A DNA stretch of 62,924 nucleotides, filler included, from Licmophora abbreviata (Eukaryota), in assembly GCA_900291995.1 (NCBI GenBank). It is 11 parts of 11 records of this genome, joined end to end, with 100 filler letters (N's around TTAATTAATTAA, not from the genome) between each part and the next. Parts side by side here need not be neighbours in the genome. Positions count along the whole stretch, not along the records: positions 11,264 to 15,756 come from OLMU01004792.1; positions 15,857 to 23,205 come from OLMU01004795.1; positions 23,306 to 25,308 come from OLMU01004798.1; 8 more parts are not named here. One strand, written 5' to 3'. Of the stretch, positions 11,347-23,444 are shown piece after piece; position 1 is the first letter of the stretch, and every line of letters starts with the position of its first letter. A program made the translations under genes and the position numbers. A model generated the notes under the pieces. The model was not told the DNA's origin and searched no databases. It saw only the letters and a program-made list of their open reading frames with translations.

Positions 11347-12435
11347 ATGAGCCACAGAGACTCTTTTTGTCTGAGACGGATCGCCTGTTTCATGATGCTT
11401 TTCAATTTTGCATGGCGATCATCGTCCGTCCAAACCTTCACGACGGTTGTTGGTGCGTTTCGAATACCGGTGATACCCGTGAGGAAAAGACCCATGTGTT
11501 GGTCGGGACCACCTTTGGTTGCTTCACAAACACGGATGGGGTCTTTTGCAGTCGTCCATTCCGCTGCGTCGTCGGATCTTCCGGCCGAAACACATACGCG
11601 GTACACTCTGAACGATTCCGTGTGCCGTCCGACGGAAGAACATGTGCTTGCCAAGACCGTAACGAAGCACTGTCGGACCCTCGACACGTACCTCCAAAAC
11701 AAGCCCATTGCGTCACACACGCAAGAGGCATTTGATCAGGTGAGCGGCATTCTACGCTCTGTTGCTTATGCAGCAAGAAACATTCAAGACAAAGGCGTTG
11801 TGCTAGACAGTGGGTGTGGCACAGGAACTTCAACGCTCTTACTTGGACAAATGTATCCGGATCATGTGGTGATTGGAATTGATCGGTCACTCGTACGGCT
11901 CAATCGAAACGCTGCCTTTCGGGGCGGTCCAACAGAAGCTGATGTAGAGAGCGACGCTGTCTCGTCGAGTCATTTGTTGGTGCAGACGGTACCGGACGCT
12001 CCCAACGTGTTGTTGGTAAGAGCAGAGCTGTCGGACTTTTGGAGGCTGTGCTTACGAGCCAACTGGACTGTGTCGCACCACTACCTCTTGTATCCCAATC
12101 CGTACCCCAAGCCAAAACGCTTGCAAAGTCGATGGTACGGCCACCCAAGCTTTCCACTGATTCTGCAGCTTGGCGGACATATTCAGGTGCGATCCAATTG
12201 GGAGGGCTATCTACAGGAGTTTGCGCGGTCGATTGTCGTCGCCGACGACTATCTTTCGGAACGAGAGGGCGGCAATGGACTTAGCACCACCAAAAACTAC
12301 GCGTGGCGATATGTCCATGCAGCACAACAGGGTCCCACCCGTCGGCACGGTACGGAAAGGGCATGGACAAATTTTGAGGAAAAGTATGACGACTGTGGAG
12401 AACCAACGTATGTATTAGATCTACAAGGCACATAA
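11347..12435 (+). CDS. trmB: TrmB-like tRNA (guanine-N7) SAM methyltransferase with an N-terminal organellar-type extension; start codon uncertain
   Basis: LDSGCGTG, IGIDRS, LYPNPYPKPKRLQSRWYGHP, RSNW and TNFEEKY. Confidence 0.75.
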   Translation: MSHRDSFCLRRIACFMMLFNFAWRSSSVQTFTTVVGAFRIPVIPVRKRPMCWSGPPLVASQTRMGSFAVVHSAASSDLPAETHTRYTLNDSVCRPTEEHVLAKTVTKHCRTLDTYLQNKPIASHTQEAFDQVSGILRSVAYAARNIQDKGVVLDSGCGTGTSTLLLGQMYPDHVVIGIDRSLVRLNRNAAFRGGPTEADVESDAVSSSHLLVQTVPDAPNVLLVRAELSDFWRLCLRANWTVSHHYLLYPNPYPKPKRLQSRWYGHPSFPLILQLGGHIQVRSNWEGYLQEFARSIVVADDYLSEREGGNGLSTTKNYAWRYVHAAQQGPTRRHGTERAWTNFEEKYDDCGEPTYVLDLQGT

Positions 12436-12493
12436 CCTGCGAAGTAGCATCAAGGACGTGTACCATGATGTGACAGTCGGCTCGATGGAGGAT

Positions 12494-14187
12494 TCACTCT
12501 GTCCCAAGACAGTTGGAAGACACGGCGCGTAGTATCATCATCCACCAGATGCGCACCATGGCTTGCAGAACTTCATTTCCGGGATGCACCATGTGCTTGC
12601 CAATCACATTGTCAATATTTACTTCACGGTTGTCGGGACGACTCAGCGTGATCCAGTATCCGTCCATGATAAGAATCTTACTGCCGGGTCGCTCGAGATT
12701 GTGTTGTTGAATGATTTCGTACGCAATGTCATTGAGGTGGGCAACGAAGTTGGGCGACAGCGGAAATGGTTGTTCCTCGCTGGGTGGCCATGCGAACCCG
12801 AAGTTGCCATACTTGGGCCATCCTGTACGTATGAACAAGTCGGAGCGCGATAGGTTGATGTGAGATGAAACTTTTTGAAATGGTGGTGGTAGCTATCCTT
12901 TGTGCACACACAAAAGTAGTTACCTGCTGTCGTCGATTGAAACACTTTTAGCTCGGCTGGATAATCTCCAACAAAGTCGACGAGCTTGGAGACTTGTCTT
13001 CGATACTCATCAGTGCACGAAAACTCTGCGTCCGACACGTTCATGTACAGTTGTCGCTTGTCACTCCATTTTCTACTGCACAACTGTGAAATATCATGAA
13101 GGCCTGTGTTGAATAGAACGAATCGTCGCTCCGTTTGGCTGCTCGCAATGACCGTGAGTTCCGACGTGACATTGGAGAACGTACGGACAATGCCATTGCT
13201 CGTCGATACGAGGGTGGTCCGAGTTTTGCGTTTTGTCAAATGATTGGCAAGAAGCTTTTGCTGCATGCGAAGGTTGGAGTCTCCAACAAAGATGATATGA
13301 ATTGGCAATGGCGTCGATCGAGGCTGTTGAGTCGACGACAGGAGACAGTCGCTGACACCGCCTTTCGACGTGGGCAAAGGCAAGAGTGAACACGAGCGTC
13401 GCACGTAGTCCATTCGGATGCCGATCGAGTTTTGCCCGTCTTGATAGCCTAGGAGTGAGACTGCCGAGATAGAGGAGTTGTCGGAGGACTGATGCGATCG
13501 AGATGCGACCTTGTCCGTGACAACCCAACGGGCATCACCGGGTCGATCCTGGCGGTAGTCTGTGAGTTCGTGGAGCGAGCACAACTCCTTGCTCGGCGAA
13601 GGCGATGGTTCGTTCACATGTATACCAAGAGGAAACCCAGGAACCATGTATCCTTCATATGCGGGCTCCGCCAGATCTCTCTCCAATGGAAACTGATGCC
13701 AATCCGGAGCGCCCGAAAAGGCCAAGACGACTTCGACCGTGTAGTGTCCACCGTCCATTGGCCAGCTTCGAATCGTGTACAAGCCGTTCGAATGATCTTG
13801 AACTGTTCCAGCGAGAACTGTAGGTCCATAGAGACGCACGTAAAAGTGCGCACCACCATGTCGACAGTCGTAGTGAGTACATGCGATCGTCACGTTCCAC
13901 TCATCCTTGACTGCTTCGATGGCCACACTTGGATATGTTTCGATAATTTCATAGTACGACACCATCGTGTGTTCCGGTCGTGACCAGCCCGTGTAACCAG
14001 GAAGTTCTCCTGGGTAGATCGTCAGACGAGAGTCGGTGGGGGTGGGATGGTTGAGTAGTATGGCATGCTGGTTTGATAATTTCGTGTCGTTGTCCTCGAA
14101 TCGAACTCTTCCAAGAAAGAGAGCAACGCAGATCGAGAGAGACAGCGTTAGAAGTACAATCATAGAATTGGGTAAATGAGACCGCAT
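12494..14187 (-). CDS. Type II membrane SGNH/PC-esterase (NXPE-like) protein with an Ig-like domain; 2 exons
   Basis: N-terminal TM helix, VQDHSNGLYT (Ig/filamin-like), FVGDSN, NTGLHD and C-terminal HMVHP. Intron 12823-12923 gives TTAG|WPKYGNF. Confidence 0.75.
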
Positions 14188-14476
14188 CTTGCTGTGGCTG
14201 TCTTGGTAGGGACGGGGATGCGATGCTTTGGCGTCGTCCTCGTCGTCGTTGCAGAACACAAACACGAGGGTTGATTTGAAACATGGGGTTCGCCCTGCGC
14301 GCGCGCGATGACTTGTCGCGCGCAGCAGCATTGGTTTGGGCGTCGGATGTGTGTGTGGACCACACACAGGAACCATGAAGATCACAGTGTGCCGTCGGCT
14401 CCTCTCCTTTTCAGCGTCTTCTCGTTCATTGACAAGTCTCCTGCTCGATTCTAGCCTCTCAGTATAGCTTCCGACA

Positions 14477-15223
14477 ATGGACCTAGGCTTTGGAAACGCG
14501 AATCAGGCGCTGGGAGACGCCACAGCGAAAGCCTTGCTGCAATCCACCAAGGCGCAGGAGCAAGCGATCGACAACGAACTGCGTCGTTACGACAATCTTC
14601 TGGAGGAATCTGCCACCAACGACGACACGCTCGAACAGCTCCGAGAACGCCGTCTCCAGCAGCTCAAGAAAGCGCAGCTTCAAAAACAGAAATGGAAAGA
14701 GCTGGGCCACGGTTCGTACCAAGAGCTGCTGCAGGGACAGGGCGATACTGCCAAGGCCTTCTTCGAAGCTGCCAAGCAGAGTGAGCGCATGGTGGTGCAT
14801 TTCTACCGCCCCACGACTCGATACTGCGATATATTTCATGCCCATATGGAACGGTTGGCCCCAAGGCACCTGGAAACGAGATTTGTCAAGATCAATGTGG
14901 AGAACTGTGAGACCGGCGGTGGAGGTGCGTCCTTTCTCGTGGAGCGCCTTGGAATCGTCGTCTTGCCCACGTTGGTGGTCATCAAGGATCGCAAGGCAGT
15001 ACATCATTTGCATGGCTTTGACGAGGTGGGTGGAAGTCAGGATTTTGCTACCGAAATGTTGGCGTACGTGTTGGGAGAACATGGGGCCATAACGTGTCGA
15101 GACGACGAAGTGCCACCAGACACGTCGAACCGATCGGGAGTCTCCTCGATTCGTGCCATCAACGGATCCAACAAGGGAGTACGGGGTGGATTGTATGAGG
15201 ATGATTTTGACGACGATGAATGA
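14477..15223 (+). CDS. TXNDC9: Phosducin-like protein 3 / thioredoxin domain-containing protein 9
   Basis: LEQLRERRLQQLK, GHGSYQE, VVHFY, HLETRFVKIN, FLVERLGIVVLPT, GFDEVGG and an acidic tail. Confidence 0.9.
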   Translation: MDLGFGNANQALGDATAKALLQSTKAQEQAIDNELRRYDNLLEESATNDDTLEQLRERRLQQLKKAQLQKQKWKELGHGSYQELLQGQGDTAKAFFEAAKQSERMVVHFYRPTTRYCDIFHAHMERLAPRHLETRFVKINVENCETGGGGASFLVERLGIVVLPTLVVIKDRKAVHHLHGFDEVGGSQDFATEMLAYVLGEHGAITCRDDEVPPDTSNRSGVSSIRAINGSNKGVRGGLYEDDFDDDE

Positions 15224-15756
15224 GGGGAGCGGGTTGATTCATTCGTGTTTAGAGTAAGGTTTGCCGGGCGGCGGATATGTGTGCCTAGTATCATTGTTTC
15301 TGGCACGCACATGCTGCGGCTACTAGAGACCTACTCGACAGACTCGATAGCTGATATTGCCGTATGAAAGGAGTCTCGCTAGCTAAGCCGCAGTTCAGTG
15401 GATGGCCCGTTCCATAGTCGAGAACGTACCACCATTGGGTAACGCCACAACCAAGACAGAGTGTCTGACTTGGTTGAGACGAAGGGACAAAGCAAAAAGT
15501 AACGACTCGGATCCTGTAGCACTCGACATGCATGGCTAGCTAGAGATAACGCGATTATGCTCACAGTTTGACCCAGTGGTTTGTTATCATGCGTATATGA
15601 CATACTACCCTGCAGCTGCTAATAGCGCAGACAGCACTTGTGAGCTACGGCTTGCAGTCAAGGAGAATAGACCCCAAATATAAAATAGTGTGAGAAAGCA
15701 AACCGAATCGAATACATTCACTTGTATTGATGGCTCATCGGGCTTCTCCCATGTCC

Positions 15757-15856
15757 NNNNNNNNNNNNNNNNNNNNNNNNNNNNNNNNNNNNNNNNNNNN
15801 TTAATTAATTAANNNNNNNNNNNNNNNNNNNNNNNNNNNNNNNNNNNNNNNNNNNN
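15757..15856. other. Artificial scaffold spacer
   Basis: N44-TTAATTAATTAA-N44. Confidence 0.99.
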
Positions 15857-16206
15857 ACCACAACCACCGATCATACATGTCCAGACACGTGTAACAGGCG
15901 ATAGACATGAGACAGCTGGAGATTCGCCGTCCATTAGATATTTTTTCAACACAAACTACTGTCGTCCACTCGGACGCGTAGCTCTGTCCAACCGCAAGGG
16001 ACATTGCACACGGACGCTTTCAATGTAAACTGTACGAGTACAACAGCCAAAGACAAGAGCAAAAGGAAAGGACTGCAGTAGGCATAGTTTCTGTCGTACG
16101 CTACAATTCAACCCTATTAAGAATGGTAGCAAACGTATGGAAACCTATCAATAACACTGAGTGTACTCACAGAAATATCTACTAGCAGCTGGATCACACT
16201 TTATCT

Positions 16207-17448
16207 CTACCAAGGATGACCTCCGTCTTCCAGTTCAATCCACACCTCTCCTCGTCGCTTCCCCATACTGAAAATAGCGTCGTATTGCGCAAACATGACA
16301 CAATCTTGAGTCTGTTTGGGTATCGCAATACCATCTCGTTCTAGTGATTCTCGCAAACTTGCATCCGCTTTTCGCACCACGGGTTCCAACGAGGCATCAC
16401 TGAATTCCGCCACTGCCACAACACGACTCGGTGCAGTCGTCACTTGACATTTGGCCCATTGCGCTGCTTCCTCCTCGGACTTGTTCATGGCATCCTTGGG
16501 CGTTGGAGCTGCGTCTTCACCTGGAGCCGCAAAGGTCAATGGCCACATCATGCGCTTCACACTATCGTCCACCGTCATGAGCGCGGGCGACATGGGCGAC
16601 ATTCCGCGTGTAAAGGCTCCCAGAGACTGGAAGCCCTCGTCCCGTCTTTCATACTCCATAGAAACTGCGGAGTAACTTGGATACCGTCGCACTTCATAGC
16701 CATTGCCCCGTCGAAGTAATTGATAAGGCAGTTCTGGAGCCGCCGACTGTGCTTGAAAGCCCCCCGGTTTTAGTTGCGAGAGAAAATCGGAAATGGCTAG
16801 TCCCTTGTCGACCGTCTGGTACGAACCACCAGGTGCAAGATTGACGGAATCCCAATAGTCTCTCTGTCCCACGACTTGAACGCCCTCCGTTGTATCGACC
16901 GCCTTGACTTTGTAGACACTAATGCCAGTAAAGCGCGCCGTCGGACTCCATGGTAATACCTTAATCGTCATACGGAGAGTCCACCGAGTCGTAATATCGT
17001 CAATACTACCATCATCGACGTTTACTGTTCCTCCTTCGACAGAATGCAAGACAATACCAGCATCTTGAAATAATATCGATCCCAGCAGTGTGCGAGAGGC
17101 GAGCATGTCGACGTTGGACTGATAGGAATCAACGCCACTCAGGGAAGTCATGGGATCGTCAAATACGACGTTGTTGGCATAGTATTCCTTGATCATTGGG
17201 TCGAAGAAGGACACGTACTCTCGTTCCAGGACCTTTTTCAATTGTGTCACTGAAGTCTCAATTTTCGATGCATCGAACGTTTCTGTAGAGCCAGTACTAC
17301 CGGAAGCATAAAGGTGGCGATAATGTTTTGAACTAAGCGAAACTTCCAGTGAACGCTGCGGCGAGGGGACGAATGCGTGTGAAGTGATGATTGACATCAA
17401 CGAAATCATGAACACCGATAGAACGGCGGTCGAAACTTGGTTGCTCAT
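16207..17448 (-). CDS. Plastid-targeted SnoaL-like (DUF2358) + SOUL haem-binding protein
   Basis: Signal peptide ending SHA-FVP; Y...VVFDDP...G...Y and RWTL...W..TARFTG...DYWD (SnoaL-like); PYQLL...YEVRRY and AQYD...RRGEVWI (SOUL). Confidence 0.85.
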   Translation of the reverse strand: MSNQVSTAVLSVFMISLMSIITSHAFVPSPQRSLEVSLSSKHYRHLYASGSTGSTETFDASKIETSVTQLKKVLEREYVSFFDPMIKEYYANNVVFDDPMTSLSGVDSYQSNVDMLASRTLLGSILFQDAGIVLHSVEGGTVNVDDGSIDDITTRWTLRMTIKVLPWSPTARFTGISVYKVKAVDTTEGVQVVGQRDYWDSVNLAPGGSYQTVDKGLAISDFLSQLKPGGFQAQSAAPELPYQLLRRGNGYEVRRYPSYSAVSMEYERRDEGFQSLGAFTRGMSPMSPALMTVDDSVKRMMWPLTFAAPGEDAAPTPKDAMNKSEEEAAQWAKCQVTTAPSRVVAVAEFSDASLEPVVRKADASLRESLERDGIAIPKQTQDCVMFAQYDAIFSMGKRRGEVWIELEDGGHPW

Positions 17449-17929
17449 TGCTACTGATTTTTTTGGGATGAATATTGTTCAATGAGGCAATACTATGAGC
17501 TATGAGATATACGCGATAGACCAAGGCTAGTCTACGAGGGCCGATGATACTGACGAGGTTCGTTGTTGTGTTTAACCATTGTCCCGACGACACACTCAGT
17601 CCAAATCTCGTGCGTGTTTTTCTTTTTTGTTTTTGTTTCCCGCACTCTTGTCGTTGGTCGAGTCGAACTAGTCGTGACGCGCGAAAACCCAATTCAGTCA
17701 CGAGCTGGAGTGAGTCGTGGCGCGCCATTTTCGTGCCCCACAGAACCCGGAACTTGAAGCATGCGTCACAGCCAAAGATTTTTTGGATCCAGTTGGAGGC
17801 TTCTTCACGTTTCTGCATCAACTTCGCCGCCGGCTCCTGTTGCTATTTTGCAGTCTCACTGTTCACTCACAACCCGAAGCATTTCGTTTGATTTTGCTCG
17901 AGTCGATACTGACAAAGTACACAAAAATC

Positions 17930-19426
17930 ATGGCCAGATTCACTGCCTTTGCTCTTGCAGCCACGTTGGGAGGTGCCGCAGCCTTTGCTCCCGCTCGCAT
18001 GACGCCGCCGTCCGCGTCTTCGGCGCTCCAGGCCGCTGCGCTGGAACCGCCGCCGTTGTCGCCCGTGACGCTGTGGGGGGATCGGATTTCCGACATTCGC
18101 AAGCTTCAACAGGACATGAAGAAAGAGCCTCTTCCTGAATTTGCTCCGACCGTCTCGGCCAAGGACCTCGGCATTCACGGAGATGTCGAATCGGAGCTCA
18201 AGTATGTAAAGGACCACGCTATGGAACTCAAGCAGCGCATGGTTGATAGCAGTGCCGTTGTCTTTCGAGACTTTGATTTGATGAAAACACAAAAAGGATT
18301 TCAAGAATTCTACGCTGCTCTCGGGATGAAGGTCTGTCTGGATCCCTTGCACTCTGTTTCGGCACGACCGACGGTCGATGGACAAAAGAATAGTCCCGTC
18401 TACGAGGCCGTCAATAAGGAATCACGCAAAAACTTCTTCATCGGTACGTGCAGAGAGACGAGTCTCTAAGCTGACTTTTGATGTCGCTTGTAGTCTTGTG
18501 GAGCTTCAGACTGAGTGCTCAGTTTCAATTATTTCTCACTCTCAACTTTCGTTCCTCTCCTAGGCATGCACAATGAGTTCGTCGGCACGCGCGCCCCCCG
18601 CGCAGCCGCCTTTGTCTGTTTCAAGGCGGCCGAAGAAGGCGGCGAGTTTCTCATTGCCGATGGCCGTCGCATGTTTCGAGACCTGAACTCCGATCTTGTG
18701 GAAGAACTTTACAACCGTGACATTCGATACAGTGTCATGGAGCTCCCCTTCTTTGGATGGATCGACAATGTCCCCGAGCCGTTGCAGGGAGGAGTCATGA
18801 ATGTTGTCAAGGGAGTGGTCAGTGCCGCCATTAATGCCAAGGTGGATTTCAGTGTCGATTTGCAGTGGGGAGAGGGTGGATATGACAATAAGCGCATGTT
18901 GCAGGCACGAGCGCCGTCGCAACCGCCAATTGTCGTGCACCCCGTCTCGGGTGACCCCACGTGGTTCTGCAATGTCCACTCGCATTCGTCCAAACTGCGA
19001 CACGAGCGGGAGAAAGTGTAAGTGTGTCGTGGATGAATGTACCAGTGATGTCAATCAGCGAGCATTCGTATGCTCACACCGGCTCGTTTCTTGTTTTGCC
19101 AACGCCTCGCTCACAGGTACGGCGCCGAGCGCTTCGAAGACGGTGCATCTCAAATAAACAAGTCGGACATGTTCTTCGGTGACGATGGTGATATTTCGGA
19201 AGCTGCTCTCCGGGAAATGGACAAGGTTACGACGAAGAATACAAAGTACGTCAAAATGACCGAGGGCGATGTGGTGCTGTTGGATAACTACAAATGCATG
19301 CACGGCCGAAATGTCTTTGATGGAACTCGAAAGCATGGGGTTGCCTGGTTTGAAGGTTGGGAAGGAGAAGAAGATATGAAAAAAACAAAGGCGAAGAGTT
19401 CTCAGGAGGTTGTCGGCGCGCAATAG
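17930..19426 (+). CDS. Plastid-targeted TauD/TfdA-family Fe(II)/2-oxoglutarate dioxygenase; 3 exons
   Basis: AAA-FAP presequence; introns 18444-18563 and 19018-19116; metal motif MHNE, HPVSG..WFCN and GDVVLLDN..CMHGR. Confidence 0.88.
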
Positions 19427-19806
19427 GGAGGAAGTAGTGAGGAGCGACATGGTGTACGCCTCGCGACAGCTGACGGGCAGAGTGATGGATTCGCATGCGG
19501 CGAGCATGAGACAACAAGCTAACTTCGTGAACCCAGTAGGTAATAATAGATCGACCAAGTATATATGGTTACATGTTCGACTCTCCTGGATATGACGCCT
19601 TCAAGGTAGACTTTGCTTGTCGGATAAGCCATCGTATAGTAGAAATTATGAAATTATCCACTAGAACGACCTCCGAGCGAGCTGATCGAGAATATTTTTC
19701 TAGTTTTCTCGGTTCGTCCATGCCGCTCTCTCCCTATCTTTGATGATACGACCAGACGTTTCGATAGGGTCACTAGCTTTACAGTAGTAGGAGGAGTAGC
19801 AGTAAA

Positions 19807-20271
19807 CTAGAACTCATCTTCTGACACAGGTCGAAAAAAGTGGTTGCTCTTGAGACAACGACGGCGCTTTTCAACAAGCGAAGGCGAGTCCAAAGCAGAA
19901 GAGAATGCTTCTACGGGATAGACCACTCGCCGTTTTCCCAACAACGACTTTCGTGCATCCCTTAATTGAATCCCGCCATTGCTCTGCTGGTTAGCGTGAC
20001 AGATACACAAGGACGTGACCGAATCAAGCAACTTGGCCATGATGGGGACGTCTTCTTTCGGAGAGGGTGTTGGCTCGAATGGCAGGTCGGATTGAGACCT
20101 GACAACGAAAGTTCTTTCTGAATCGGTAATAAAATGCGAGACTGGACGATTCATTGAGAAGTTCTCTTGTATCTGCCGTCGCAGTGTGTCCTTGTGTTGT
20201 TGATGGTCATGTCGATGGCTACTAGCCTCGGGCTCTTGCCATCCCTCGCGATCCGACAATTTCGGTGCCAT
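19807..20271 (-). CDS. Hypothetical protein
   Basis: 154-aa ATG ORF in an otherwise empty interval; no motif recognised. Confidence 0.45.
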   Translation of the reverse strand: MAPKLSDREGWQEPEASSHRHDHQQHKDTLRRQIQENFSMNRPVSHFITDSERTFVVRSQSDLPFEPTPSPKEDVPIMAKLLDSVTSLCICHANQQSNGGIQLRDARKSLLGKRRVVYPVEAFSSALDSPSLVEKRRRCLKSNHFFRPVSEDEF

Positions 20272-21603
20272 TCGTCCTGAGCACAGTTTCTAGAGTGTGA
20301 GGAGGGGAAGCCGTCAACGTTGAGAGACCAGTCGTACCAGAGTTGCCTTCGATGCTCTCTTGACTGGAGTGTGTCTTCCAGTGTGCCTCGTCGAGACTGA
20401 AGAGTGAATGATGTGTGAGCTTTTTGTCTTGTTGCGAAGGGAAATTTTGATGCAAGTTGCCTGCGAATAATATGATGTTCATGTATCCATACTTAATTTT
20501 TTTACATTTTTGGATAAGTGTGAAACAAGTAGCGAGCACTCTAGGCTAAACAGATGCATGAGGCACGCCCGCCATTCCCCAAGAGCGAGCCCGACCACCC
20601 GACCGCTCGCCTATCGTTCAAATCAGAATTGGCGCGCGTTTCGACTCAGCTAGCTTTCCAAACGGTGCGATGAGTGAGCTAGTCAACAGAAGCTTTCCAA
20701 ATGCTTTCCGGGACAGTGGACTACCCCATATACTGTGGAGCACGGCCTGACAGCAATTTCAACTGATTTGATGAACTCGTTCTTACGTAAGGGTAGCTAG
20801 CACTTGCTAGTTGCTAGCTCTAGAGAGCCAACCAGCAGTAGTAGCTAGGGCAGCATGGGTCTAACTAACTCTACTTGCTAACACACTAAGCAAGTCAACT
20901 AAAAACTAACCTGCAAAGAAGGGATTGTCGCTTGTTGTGTATCACGACGAGCAATTTGTCCTGCTCCTGCCTCCATAGTTATGGCTCCAGTCGTGGCTGG
21001 CTGCTGGTGCGTGAGCTCTCTCGCACTCTTCGTATTTAGAGTACGAATCTGGCAATTCTGACAGCATCGTCCCGCACGATGCTAACGCGCTTCGTACGAT
21101 ATGTAAGACTTGTCTTTTTCAGCTTCCTATCCATCGCGTTGCAGTCATGCAAGTAGACACGCACGGCACCTTGAACCCGTGTGGGACGAACGATCGAAAC
21201 AAGCAGTCGCGTTGGGGACATTTGAAACTGAAATTCTCATCTTTCTGTGGAGCTCCAAAATACAAAATAACTACTAACTACTGGCGTTGACGTTCTATAA
21301 TTCTAGTAACGATAGGGCGTAGAATTGCCAGCGTGAAAACGCGCCAACCGAGCCCACACTGTTGGAGTTTGAAATTAGGAATTCGCATTGGTGGAAACTC
21401 CAAAACTGACTCGACGCAGCGCCACACACACCACGTTCCCTCAATTTTGATTTTTGGCGCAGATTACAGATTCGCGGCACTGCACACTCTCTATAGAAAG
21501 AAGTCGTGGCAACTGTTGAGTTTGCTGTCTTTGTCCACCTGATCGTGAGATAAAGGAACCTTTACGTGCGCAGTTTCTCTACTTCAATTCGTATCATCAT
21601 ACA

Positions 21604-22758
21604 ATGGCTCCCAAGGCTCCCCCCGATGGGCCAAGTTTGATCGACACAGTGACGAGCGACGATGATTCTCACCCGGTCTCTCCGACGAGCGGCCTGGCCG
21701 CCAAAAACAGTGGCAAACCGTCGCTCTCCTCCCCTTCTGAATCCACCACGTCTCGCCCCTGGTATGCTCGTGGTGGCATGGCCGTGAATGAAATCGGAAT
21801 GGCTGTGAACATTGCCTGGCCGGCCTATGTCATCTGGAAGATTTCCTTCGCGGACGCTCCCGAAATGAAGCAAGCGTTCATCGCCTTGTTGGTCTTGAGC
21901 TGGATTCTTGCCTTTGTCTTGCATGGCATGCGCACCATCTTTTGCGTCCTAGTCATACCTACCTACCTTCCGACTCTTCTCTTCGCCTTCTCCCTGTACT
22001 CGAGCGGACAAACGACGACTCATCCTGCGCTACTCCTATTCGCCTCTCTCATGCTGACCGTCGCCAAGGTCGGCATTTGCATGTCCGTCTGTCTTCATCG
22101 CTTTGCCGCACACGCCGCCTTCAAGTGCAGCTACGTCATGCAAGTCGCTCTCAACATTCTTGGATGCATGGCCAATCAGGGAGGACCCATTTGGTGGGCC
22201 AGCATGCATCGCGCGCATCACAAGTACTGCGATGGACCGAAGGATCCTCATTCGGCCTTTCAAGATGGGACCGAAAAAGCGGTCGCCTTCTTTGAAAGGC
22301 ATCCCCATGTGGACGAACAGTTTGCCCCGCGTCATAACGACACGTACTTGCTTCGTGTCCTCGACACCTTTTCCTGTGTCGTCGTCGGATGCGAACTGTT
22401 CCTTTGGTACAAGTTGGGGGGACCGACTGGACTCTTCATGGGATACACCAGTGCGTGGTTGTGTCAGACCATGACACTGTGGTTCAACGTGGCGGCGCAT
22501 CCTGAAGCCGTCGAGAAAGAATGCAAGGCAGCGGACTATAAAGGAAGTCCGAAAGGATGGTATCCGGGCTTCCTTCTGCTTGATTTCTTCTATCCCTTCT
22601 TTTGCTTGTTTGTAGGGGAAAAGAATCATGCACATCACCATAAACACTTTGCTCTGGCCAAGCGCGGATGGAACGATATGGCATACTGGACTTTTGTTTG
22701 GCCCTTGGAGAAGGTTGGGCTGATATGGAATGTCAAGACCTTGCCGACGACCGAGTAA
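21604..22758 (+). CDS. Membrane-bound fatty-acid desaturase (delta-9/ADS-like), no cytochrome b5 fusion
   Basis: Three His boxes (HRFAAH, HRAHH, HAHHH), QGGPIWWAS, D..KDPHS and TM helices. Confidence 0.88.
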   Translation: MAPKAPPDGPSLIDTVTSDDDSHPVSPTSGLAAKNSGKPSLSSPSESTTSRPWYARGGMAVNEIGMAVNIAWPAYVIWKISFADAPEMKQAFIALLVLSWILAFVLHGMRTIFCVLVIPTYLPTLLFAFSLYSSGQTTTHPALLLFASLMLTVAKVGICMSVCLHRFAAHAAFKCSYVMQVALNILGCMANQGGPIWWASMHRAHHKYCDGPKDPHSAFQDGTEKAVAFFERHPHVDEQFAPRHNDTYLLRVLDTFSCVVVGCELFLWYKLGGPTGLFMGYTSAWLCQTMTLWFNVAAHPEAVEKECKAADYKGSPKGWYPGFLLLDFFYPFFCLFVGEKNHAHHHKHFALAKRGWNDMAYWTFVWPLEKVGLIWNVKTLPTTE

Positions 22759-23205
22759 GGCCGCACAGAAAGCAAAGAAGATTATTATCTAAACGAAAGA
22801 AGTAGAGTCATTGTATAAGTGGCAGGTATGATAAGCTACCCGAAGCCGACTATGGTTTAGTAAGGAATGGAACTGGTTCAAGCCGCGCTTCAGAGGGTAG
22901 GTCTTTCGCAAACTGGTACAAGTAGTAGGATCCAGCATCAAAGCAATGCGATTTCACTCGACTTTCTAGAAGAACCCTGTCTGAGCGCGCTCAATAGCTT
23001 TCAACGTGATAGTGGCACACTCGCAATTTCCCTGGTGCTATTGGCTCTTTGCAGCTTCATATTACAGTATATAAAACTTCCAAGTACTAGGTAGACTAAA
23101 GGTGGGTACCGTAGCTATGATACAGCTGGGCCATCATCTGCAATGAGAGGAGCGGAGAGTGATCAGAATCAGTGAGCCGGTCAGTCCGCAAGGTTGTGAA
23201 ATATA

Positions 23206-23305
23206 NNNNNNNNNNNNNNNNNNNNNNNNNNNNNNNNNNNNNNNNNNNNTTAATTAATTAANNNNNNNNNNNNNNNNNNNNNNNNNNNNNNNNNNNNNNN
23301 NNNNN
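23206..23305. other. Artificial scaffold spacer
   Basis: N44-TTAATTAATTAA-N44. Confidence 0.99.
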
Positions 23306-23444
23306 TGCAAGATCGTGTGTGGGTCAAGCGTCGCGAAAAGACGGGAGATATGAAAAGTCTGATAGAGAGTGACCATCGTACACTGCTACTGTTGGACTTT
23401 CTGCTATTATTCTGATCGCAGACCTCTCCATAGTTTAGGCAGCT

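Noticed and set aside
20272..21600. Long intergenic stretch rich in TAGC/CTAG and short palindromes
   Set aside because: No periodic repeat, TIR pair or RNA-gene signature could be supported.
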